A stretch of DNA of 64,000 nt. It comes from Tubiluchus corallicola (Eukaryota; Animalia; Priapulida). The DNA is taken from NCBI GenBank assembly GCA_030141605.1, contig JAQGDQ010000317.1:62001-126000 (forward strand), given 5' to 3'. The notes beneath the pieces were generated by a model, which had not been told where the DNA came from, did not search any database, and was given only the letters and a program-made list of their open reading frames with translations. The position numbers and the translations under genes are program-made. Below, piece by piece: positions 14,371-24,197 of this stretch. How positions within the stretch are numbered: the stretch's first letter is position 1; the number at the start of each line of letters is the position of its first letter.

Positions 14371-16455
14371 ACTTTATATTGCATCTGCTGGAGAAAAATG
14401 TCTGCCGAACTAGATATTAATGAAATCTACTACAAGTATGACTAATTTGGCGTTTACATATCATCTGGATGCGTATGCATTTTGGGGGGTGCGGAATAGA
14501 TAAAATTTTGGTTTATATTGTTTTCAAAGCACCCATTTGTGCAGCCTGCATATACGTTATACTTTTTCTGCAGCTATTCCTACTGATTTTTTCCGAAGAT
14601 GGAAACGAATACGCATGATCAGTTATGGTAATATAAAGCCTGATAAAGGGCATTCAAACAATCTAATGATCTTTATACAAACTCTTGCCTCTAACCCCGA
14701 GTTCCTTATTTCCCAGTTGCTAAGTTCTTCCTGCCTTTCTACATGCCCAAGATACATGGGCTACATGCCCTTTAGAAAGTGGTGCAGCAACACGTGAGAG
14801 TCAACAAATTGCTGAAACAAGGGCGAACAAAACAATAACAATCTATCTACATGTATGCGTAACTGCAGAGGTGGCAGCAAAAAATTGTTACAAAGTTTTA
14901 CTGCACATTACTTCAAGCTGAATACCAACCAGGTAATCACACATGTACCATAAATGTTCCAATTTAACAAGAAAGTTTGAAAACTTTGCCAAACCCTTGT
15001 CTACTTTTACCCAATTTCATTATACTCATAAACACCAAACCAGCCACAAAATGTTGTGGTTACTTGAATCAAGTAACCATGGATTCAAGTACCCAAGATA
15101 TTTGAGGTTGTTTTTTGTCTTATTCAGGTAACCATCATATTTGTGACTGTTTCAGAGTATAAGACGGAGATTTTCTTGTGACAAGTCTATTACGAAATTT
15201 GCTTATTTGGAACTCACAAGACATTAAAACAAACAGTTGCAATCATGGAGTTAATTACGGACATCTAAAGATCCGTGTGATTTTATTTATCAGTATTTAT
15301 TTTAGGATTTATTAACAATTATTACAGCAGTATCACAGTCACAGATGAAAAGCAATAACCAATAGATTAGCCAGGCTACTTTTATTCTCTAATTTGTAAT
15401 ATTATATAAATTAACAAGCAATATTGCAAAAAAAATCACACAAAAAGGATGTCTAAAACTACACAAGACTACATTAGCTACTATGTCCACTACAAAAACA
15501 TTGGTTTCTAATCAGAACAAAGCACAGATTTTTAATATTCAATTTATCTAAGTAGACAGTGCAGACATGATACTCAGGTATAAATGGCCTATCATCGCTA
15601 AGAAAGGCAACACTAGTATACATGTAAGAGCTTAATTTTCCACATTTGCCACTTTTGCCAAAATAACGAGTAGAACTAACTTAGTACTATTACTATAACA
15701 TAATGTTACCTAATGGTAACATTAACTAACGACAATGTTACATGGTCTATATTGGACTGTCCAGATGGTAACACTTCAGACTATAATTAATCCCAGTATA
15801 CATTTTCAATCACTGTAGGCAGTATTTTCAAATGAGATCATACCATTATTGAATAAATAAACTCTGAAAATCTCACAACACATTTAGAAATTAGAATAAA
15901 AAGGTAAGATAGAATAATTTAAAAAATGTTCAACTTAAAAAACAATAATACATTAAGTGTATAAAAAATCCTTAATTACTGTTCACATCACATCACAATT
16001 GCACTTTTTAATACCATATTTAAACATAGTGGATTGGCACTTTAATCCGTAGACTAATTCTACTTTTATAGTACCTAAGCAATACCTGTGGAGTGCTGTA
16101 ACTAAGTTTTACTACATGAGCAGCACTTTATGTTATTATTCTAGCAGCTACTAGTAAATCTCAAAAATGAATACCTATACAACAAACAAAAAAAGATTGT
16201 CTTCAACAGACAATTAACTTATTAACTTCTGAATACCAATTACTGGGTAGTTTAAGTAATAATTTAAGTAATTCATAATTTAAGTAAATTTGGGATACCT
16301 TAGTACAGTTTATTGCTGTCAGATAAGGCCAGTTTAATAAATTTATTACACTTAGAATACAAGCACTTTACAGATCAAATGATTAAAAAAGCTGTTCAAA
16401 ACAAGTGAAAAAATTGGTCCCTGTAATACTGGTCTCTACTAATAAACATTTGCAT

Positions 16456-18261
16456 TTACAGCATAGTGGAATGGTGTACAGTGATTAAACGACTAAGTCC
16501 AGGTATTACTTGTCCCTGAATAGCTCCGTATTCAATTTTTTCTCCATCTACAGTCATTAGTCTTTCTCCCAGATCTGACAAACAGTCCATATTCGGTTCA
16601 ATGCGAAATGCATGTGCTGGGAAAACTTCAAAATATGGAGAGTTTATGTGTCCGCCAGAATCCAGTTCCACAAACAGACTAAGTAAAGCACTCCGAGGTA
16701 TGCCCTTACGGACTATGCACACGTGTATAACACCGTCGTCAAACTCGGCAAAAGGCACAAACCTTGAGTCATTGCTTAAATGTGACTGGTAAACGGCACA
16801 GACCAGCACAAACTCCCCTTCAATGATAGTCCATGTATCAGGTACTGGTTGTTCAAGTGGAACAAGATGCTCAGTTTCAGGTGACATATGTGATGGTACT
16901 GCTTCAGAAGATCCTGAACATGAAGACTGAGTGCTGTCATAATAATGTGACTTGCAACTATTTCCTTGAGAGTGATACACAAGGTTGTGATCAATATTAT
17001 TCCCTGTATTAACTTCTCCATTCATTTTTGCTTCCTCTATGTTATGTAATTGATCTTCTGGAAGGTTCCAGTAACTCAAATGGGAATGAGGCATATGAGC
17101 CTTATGATCCAACTTTGAAGGTACACTCGCTGATGTACGTAAAAGACTACTCGGGAATATTCTGTTTGAGCCAACTGTTTTACTGCGCTTCAGAACATCC
17201 GTATGAACATCTGCCTGTTTACGCATGTAGTCACTCACTGGCAAAAAGGACACACGCCCAGTATATGTGCGCAAATCTAATATTCGGGCTAAAGCTCCTA
17301 GGGTAAACCTAGCGCTGCCGAAGTTCCTGAACTTTTCGCTCTCAATGTCAACATCAGACACAATGCCCCATGCCACAGATAAACATGAGTATAACTGTCT
17401 TCCACTTGATAAATGAACTCCAACAATATCCATTGGAGATGGATTTCCTTGAGCTATTATTAATGCTGAATAAAAGGCAAAATTCTCCTTTACCGGCAAA
17501 CCTGCATTGTAATTGATAGCTGCACAAACAGCATTTCCTGAGCCACCAGGCAACATTCCTATAGGTGTTTTAATTGCACTTTCCCAATCTGACCTTTGCA
17601 TTAATCCTTGCAGCACTTCATGAAGGAGGCCATCTCCAGAACAGATGACAATGCCATCCCAACTTGTCAGAGCAAGAGTTTTGCAAATTTCAATTGCATG
17701 ACCCTGATGATCAGTGACAACAACTTGATAATAAATATCAGCTTCTGCAAAAATAGGTGCTGCCTTTTCTTTAAAAATGGTCAAAGCTCGACCTTGCCCC
17801 CCTGCTGGGTTGACTAGAACCAACATTTTACGAAGAGGAAGCTGCATGCTTAACTTCAACTCTTTCCCCAAATGAATAGCACGTATCATGCTAATAATTG
17901 CTGTTCTCCATTCCGCTGCAACAGTTGCATTTTCTCTGTATGAATCATATTTATTTACTGTAAGTGTAATTAGTTTCCTCCTCTTAATCATGCCACCAGC
18001 ACTTTTTTTCTTCTTTGGATAAGCATATACTGTAAAATAAGCTTGTGTGTCAGCCGCATGACGACCCTTCATACAATGGCACCCAACACAGTCGCTAAAT
18101 TTTATTTCATCAATCGTGTCAATTACTTTGTCTGATGAAGAAATATTAAAGATGACAATCGCAGTTGCTGTTAAACGAATTTCATATAATTTACGGCTCG
18201 GATAAACAAATACCTTCTCACTCAAAATTCCATCAATGTGTGAATTTAAGCATGCATCCAT
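16456..18261 (-). CDS. SPHK2: Sphingosine kinase (SPHK1/2 family; N-terminal extension and central insertion as in SPHK2)
   Basis: Single ORF; first ATG at 18261 (the track starts at an upstream TTG). Motifs LVNPAGG, SGDGLLHEV, LPGGSGNA, DVDIESEKFR, VDGE. Splice acceptor at 18330 just upstream. Confidence 0.93.
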   Translation of the reverse strand: MDACLNSHIDGILSEKVFVYPSRKLYEIRLTATAIVIFNISSSDKVIDTIDEIKFSDCVGCHCMKGRHAADTQAYFTVYAYPKKKKSAGGMIKRRKLITLTVNKYDSYRENATVAAEWRTAIISMIRAIHLGKELKLSMQLPLRKMLVLVNPAGGQGRALTIFKEKAAPIFAEADIYYQVVVTDHQGHAIEICKTLALTSWDGIVICSGDGLLHEVLQGLMQRSDWESAIKTPIGMLPGGSGNAVCAAINYNAGLPVKENFAFYSALIIAQGNPSPMDIVGVHLSSGRQLYSCLSVAWGIVSDVDIESEKFRNFGSARFTLGALARILDLRTYTGRVSFLPVSDYMRKQADVHTDVLKRSKTVGSNRIFPSSLLRTSASVPSKLDHKAHMPHSHLSYWNLPEDQLHNIEEAKMNGEVNTGNNIDHNLVYHSQGNSCKSHYYDSTQSSCSGSSEAVPSHMSPETEHLVPLEQPVPDTWTIIEGEFVLVCAVYQSHLSNDSRFVPFAEFDDGVIHVCIVRKGIPRSALLSLFVELDSGGHINSPYFEVFPAHAFRIEPNMDCLSDLGERLMTVDGEKIEYGAIQGQVIPGLSRLITVHHSTML

Positions 18262-18779
18262 GTTTACATAGACTTTGAGCAAAAGAGTTGAGCAGAGTAG
18301 TTTTGATCTTCGAGTTGTTCAACCGAGTCCTGAAATAAAATCAGGAGTTTATTGATTTCAAAATTATGAAAATATCTAAATAAACAACTTCCCTTCTAAA
18401 CTATGACTGAGTGAGTGAGTATGATATTGACAATGACAGTACAGAATTGTATAAACCTCCAAGATGCAGAAATGCCTTGATTTTCTAATAAAAAAGAACT
18501 TGCAGCACAGCTCCAAAGTTCTAGTTATATTTTTACAAGATGTTTCATCAGTTTTTGTAACTTTTGTTTACTGTTGGCAGTTCTGCCACGCCCCACAACA
18601 CAGCCACACTACGTAGGACTTAAGCCATTTATCTCAATGCATCGAGTACAGTCAGGCAAAGGCCTACTCTAACATAAATAATTAAATACTTAGTAATAAC
18701 TTATTTACTGCAATAAATCACCGAATTTTCTTATCGCCTGAACAATTTTTAAAACTTTCCATATACTACGTACACTTAC

Positions 18780-18870
18780 GGAACGGGTCACTAGGGCGCT
18801 ACAGTTCACTTAGCATTGCCAGAAATCTTTAACAGAGAGAAACGGATTTTAAAAGCGGGTCAAAGATATT
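18780..18870 (-). other. Putative non-coding first exon of the sphingosine kinase gene
   Basis: Minus-strand donor ttcc|GTAAGT at 18779 can pair with the acceptor ttttatttcAG at 18330; local CpG enrichment. The 5' end is a guess. Confidence 0.55.
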
Positions 18871-18875
18871 CTTAG

Positions 18876-21678
18876 CAAAGTGTACAAAGAGGAAGTGACG
18901 AAACAGGTATTGTTACGTATTTCGTTTTAGCGATTAGCGGCTATGCCGGCGGCATCAAACTAAAAAAAAATTGCGGCGTTTTGACTGTAATAATAATATT
19001 CTTATGTTCACCAATAATGTTGGCATACGCTCAATTTTGATAAGCCAAAATCACTTTTGCGTTTTTAATAAAAGAAGTATATCTCAATTAAAAGCAATTA
19101 TTAGTTTAAAAAAACTGAAAACATTTCATGAAAAGGAAAAAAAATTGTAGCAATAAGTTTGTATTATGTACTTGCAAATGCCTCTTCAGTTTTCTTGTAA
19201 GTAAAATTTTATTGTTTTTCCTGAGGAAAGAGGCTAGCTGACTGCGTGATGGGCTGCCTACTATGTAAAAAAGTAATGCATTTTTTATTGATTTATTGAT
19301 TTTTCTCTCCCTCCCTCTCCTAGAGAGAAAGAGAGGAAAGGGAGAGAGAGAGAGTGAAAAAGAGAGGGAGAGGAAGAGAAACAGAGACAGAGAGATCCTT
19401 CTTTTCCTTTTGTTGAAGGTTCTGCCATTTATTTCTTAGTCATTTTACTCCAATGCGATGTAGTGAATTTGGCACATTAAAAATTGTACCCATTTACATG
19501 CCCTGCAATTAATCTATATAGTTACACATGTATTATATTGTAGGTTTGCATTACAGTAATAGAGATGAGTAGGACTGAACTGCCAGCCTAGGGTATCGCA
19601 ACGTCTTGATACACCCATGCACACAGTGGCGTCATGCCATAGGGGCCCGGGGGGGGGGGTGGTAGGGGCGGTATGCATATGTAGGTTTGTATATAAATAA
19701 CTCGCACATGCACGCATGCACACAACAAGTAATTGCATGATACAGTGCTTCATATATACAATTCAAAACGTGCATTTATTTCCATATTCATGATATAACT
19801 GAGGCAAGTAAATGTATTTAATTTTTACAATGGAAATACAGTGGTGAAAGACCAAGAGGGTCAACTAGTCAAGCCATCCTTCAATGGATGTATGTGATTA
19901 TTGGGATGACACTGTAACTGTAACTATTTCACGCATGAATAGTAGTAAAATTACATTATTACTATTTTACTTAGCAACTTGATATGTTTAAAATTCTCTA
20001 ATCAACTTTAAATAACTGAAGGATGAAAATGCAATCAAAGATATCTAAACATACAGGAAAATGATAAACAAAAAGCAATGGTAAGCAAAAGCCAAATAAT
20101 GTGGTACAAATGAATAAAAAATTATCAAAATTCAAGCTGTCATATCGTCCATGCATAACTCAATATGAGAAAAACATGCAAAATAATAACAAAAATACTA
20201 AATAAAAAATAATAAAAAGCAAATTAAATAAAATGAAAAGCAAGCTAGCCAAACAGAAATTTAAATGAACTTTCAAATAGGGAACTGAATCAAGCTGCAA
20301 AATACATGCATTAAAATAATAACTAAAGAGTCTGATTAATAAACAAAACAAAATAAAAACAAATGAGATCAACTAAGTTTGATTCAAATACCGAAAATTA
20401 GATTCTATGAAGCTGAGCCTATATATTTAACTACATAAAGTGATTGCCCTTGGCACCTAGGCCTGTATAAAATCAATTAATTTAAGCCCATCAATAAATA
20501 ATATCTATCAAGACTTGTCAGTGGATTTAGCCACAGGTGTTTTATTAGTACGCTTATACAAGTACATTTTTTACACGTAAGCAAACTGTATTTAATGAAC
20601 ATTTATTTTGATGTAAGCGTAACTGAATCTTAAAAAATTAGGCTAAATATAAGTAATGTCTGCACATGATATATAAGGTGTTATGACACGCGTGCAGATT
20701 CTAATTTATGCGCCAGGTTGGCTTCTCGCCTGAATTCTGTAACTAGATTTTGACCTAGTTAGTTGGTTGTTATAGAGGTGGAAGTAATGTCGGCTGCTTA
20801 GGATGACAGCTCTGTAGTTTTGTTCAGTTATTTTTTGTTCACTGATAATAAAAAAGAGGAGTAATGTTGTAAATGCACCTCTGCTTGTTCAACGTAATTT
20901 TATAACTAACTCCAACTCATAACAGAGGCCAATGTATGATTACATGGTTTTTAAACATTTTTTAACTTGGAATTAACAAAACATGCAGATGCTTAGATTA
21001 AGTTTTGTTCTGGAAAATTATTTGCTCTTCTGAAAAAATCTTTTTTTTCTATGAAAGGTATTACACATGAAAGTCAGCCTAATATTTCTTCAAGATATTT
21101 CCTGATAAGAACATATTAAATAGGAATGTTTTTTAAAAAAAATATTTCTCCAGAAATCGGATACTACATGAGCCAGGTATTTGCAAACTTTCTTTTTGAT
21201 CAACTTTCTTAACTTCTTTTGTAAATAAGCCTATTAATTTTTATGAGATATGATTATAATAATTTTTATTTTAACTACTAATTATTCTTAATGCTTGCTT
21301 TAAATAATATTCAAAAATATAACAGCTGCTATAAATCGCCAAAGAGAGATGTAGGCCTTGCAGTCTTTGCTTAGTGTACAAAATATTTAACTTGTAACAA
21401 AAGTTACAAAACTGTGTTATAATTAACGTTTTATTATAATTACCTGGCTGCATCCTTGCAAAATTTAAAAAGATATTTTTATTTGTGTTTTTGCAACTTA
21501 CTGCTGAGCAATTTATGAGCGCCTGTTAAACGGCCTGGTTTTGATGGTCTCATCAATTCATCTGCTACAGCACCCACAGCTTGCGCTGTTGCGTACCTGA
21601 TAACAACAGTCCGTACTGAATTGCCGCTAGGGCGACACTAACTGCGCGAACTACGGCGCAGTAGTGTTTCCCTACTTT
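18876..21678 (-). repeat. Long non-coding interspersed element, copy B
   Basis: Reverse complement of copy A, with ~770 extra bp (19627-20399) and a GA-rich tract at ~19321-19395. Confidence 0.92.
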
Positions 21679-21723
21679 CTGTGGTTTATATTCTTTGTTC
21701 TTATTGCCTAATGGTGTACACGG

Positions 21724-21741
21724 TTTCGCGCGTTGTTCGAA
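21724..21741 (+). promoter_or_regulatory. E2F/CDE-CHR tandem element (DREAM/MuvB-type), putative NEK2 promoter
   Basis: TTTCGCGC, 4-nt spacer gttg, then TTCGAA (CHR variant). Candidate donors follow at ~21790-21811 and a strong acceptor lies at 24187 before the NEK2 ATG. Confidence 0.6.
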
Positions 21742-21846
21742 ATTTCAATATTGCTGAGCAGGTTTCTTTTTGTAAATAAGTTTGTTAACGTAAGGAACTG
21801 ATGGTTACAAGTAACTGTCATAATTCTTCCTTGAAAGCAGATTTTT

Positions 21847-24038
21847 TGGCACTTATTAGAATCCAGGTCCTGAGCGATTGCCTATTTCGATATGGTTGCT
21901 TGGTGGATTATGACGAGCCGTGCTGCGCATATGATACGACGGTTGATTAGCCCGAGTTTTACTTGTGGTGGAATAAGTTAATGAAATAATACTGGCCAGA
22001 GTTTCTGCTATCCACAAGAAAGGTGAAAGAGACTTAGCAAAAAATTACAGACCTATCACTAGTATCAGTCTGACATCAGTTGTTTGTAAATTGCTAGAAC
22101 TAGTAGAAGGAATACTAAGGGATAAAATCTACAACTTCATTACTGAACATAGTCTCATTTGTGATAGTCAACATGACTTCAGAACTGGCAGATCTTGTAC
22201 TACCAATTTATTAGTTTCTCTTGAAGAATGGATGGATTTACTTGAGAATAAGGGCGAAGTTGATGTTATCTATTTACTTTTTAAAAGCATTTGATCGAGT
22301 ACCCCACCTAAGACTTCTTCAAAAACTTGAATCATACGGAATTTGTGGTCACCTGCTAACATGGATTAATAGTTTTCTCTGTTGGGAGAAGGCAATGTGT
22401 AGTAGTTAATGGGCAAGAATTAGAATTTGCAAATGTGACCAGTGGCATACCACAGGGAAGTGTTCTTGGACCTATTTTATTCACAATTTACATAAATGAT
22501 CTTCTTGAAGTTTTCAACTGCGGTAAAAGCCTGTTTGCAGATGACACTAAAATATATGGTAAAGCTTGCTGCCTGGATGAGTTTGAGGTCATGCATAATA
22601 ACATTAACTATGCCGACCAATGGTGTCGCCATTGGCAAATGGAATTTAACACCGAAAAATGTAAGCTCCTGACTATTGGAAGGCATGATACTGCAGGTTG
22701 TACATATAAAATGGCACATGGACAAGGTTCTAAAGAAATTATAAGCGTCACAGAAGAAAAAGATCTGGGTATCACCTTTGACAGTATGCTTAATTTTCAA
22801 ACATATAAACAATGTTGTCAATATAAAGCACGTGGAAGTCTGACTTTAATCAAATGTAGTTTCTCTTATCTTGACGGATTTATGGTGACCAAGCTATATA
22901 AATCAATGGTTCATCCTATATTGGATGATGGTGATGTGATTTGGAGCCCAAATCGTCAAGACATGGTAAGGAAAATTGAAAGTATACAACGTCGAGCTAC
23001 TAGACTTGTACCTGCCATTTCTCATTTACCATATGTTGCAAGACTTGAGATTCTGGGCCTTACAACTCTGAAGTACAGACGCACAAGACAAGATATAATC
23101 CAAACATTTCGTATTCTTAAAGGTATAGAAACCATCAACAGTGAAATATTTTTCCATCGACAGACATATCATGGTACCAGAGGTCACTCCTACAAAATCA
23201 AGAAGAGAACAGTTCCCCAAAGGTAGAGCAGAAGAAAATTCACATTTGCAAGGCGAGTAATTAATGAGTGGAACACGTTGCCTGATCATGTAGTTCAAGC
23301 CTCCAATCCTGCCCAGTGTAAGTCTCGTCTCGATAGATATTGGAAAAACAATCCTGAAAAATATATAGACCTCAGGTTGCCACAATGGCAACAAGAAACC
23401 CTGTGCTACACTTCATGATTGCAGTGCGGCCACCTATTTTTGATCATTTTTTATATTGATGAAGTAAACAAGGAAGAGTGGAGAGGTCCATAAGCTATTT
23501 ATGCTTAACCTCTATCCTTCGACGGTAACGGAATTAATAGAATATAAAAGTCCACTAAGTTTACCATTTTGTTTTTATAAAGTACATCTTCATTATCATT
23601 GCCATTGGCATTATAATACTATTAATAACTAAGCGTGCCACAATAAGATTTTAATTTCCACAGTCGTCGTGTTAATAAACGTTTCATTTACGTATCTTTG
23701 AACTTTTATACCTAATTTTTAATGTTATGCTCTCAGACGATTTTTTAGCCACGCGCATTGTCTGACACAGCAGGTTGTTTACATTATATTTTGGTCGACG
23801 GGTGGACTGAATGTACACTTAAAAAGTAAAATTACATCGACGGAGATGATGGAAAACGCAAGTTTTTCTTGTTAAATTTTAGTCAAGGGTGGGCTGGATG
23901 CCAAACCACTGAAAAAACCAGCTGACGCGCAAGCAATCGCAAGACCAGCGTAGATCGTCATGTTGCATTGAGCAACAATATCGAATAGGTTATCGCTCGC
24001 CGAAAATCAAGCTGGACCTGGATTCTAATAGAGTGCCA
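21847..24038. mobile_element. Non-autonomous TIR element (~80-90 bp imperfect TIRs) enclosing a LINE fragment
   Basis: Left tggcacttattagaatccaggtcc...gagcgattgcctatttcgatatggttgct is the inverted match of right agcaacaatatcgaataggttatcgctc...ggacctggattctaatagagtgcca. attttt lies on both flanks. Confidence 0.7.
21990..23360 (+). mobile_element. 5'-truncated, frameshifted CR1-type LINE reverse transcriptase
   Basis: NYRPIT/SLTSVVCKLLE, QHDFRTGRSCTTNLL, KAFDRVPH, TSGIPQGSVLGPILFTIYIND, FADDTK, EKDLGI, ESIQRRAT, TRGHSYK, spread over several frames. Confidence 0.93.
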
Positions 24039-24197
24039 ATTTTTTATTATATTTGAATTTTGCCTTCCAATATACTTGTAAAATAAAGACAATATTAATG
24101 ACCTAGCATCAAACCTAGATAACAATCATACAATAACAACAAAGAATTGAAATTACTGTGCAAGTTTTTTCCTTTTTTGCATTTTAGTTGCATTGAA

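Noticed and set aside
11151-21678. Polinton/Maverick interpretation of the long inverted repeats
   Set aside because: No pPolB, integrase, ATPase or capsid ORFs inside, the termini do not begin with AGTAGT in the correct orientation, and no 6-bp TSD is present.
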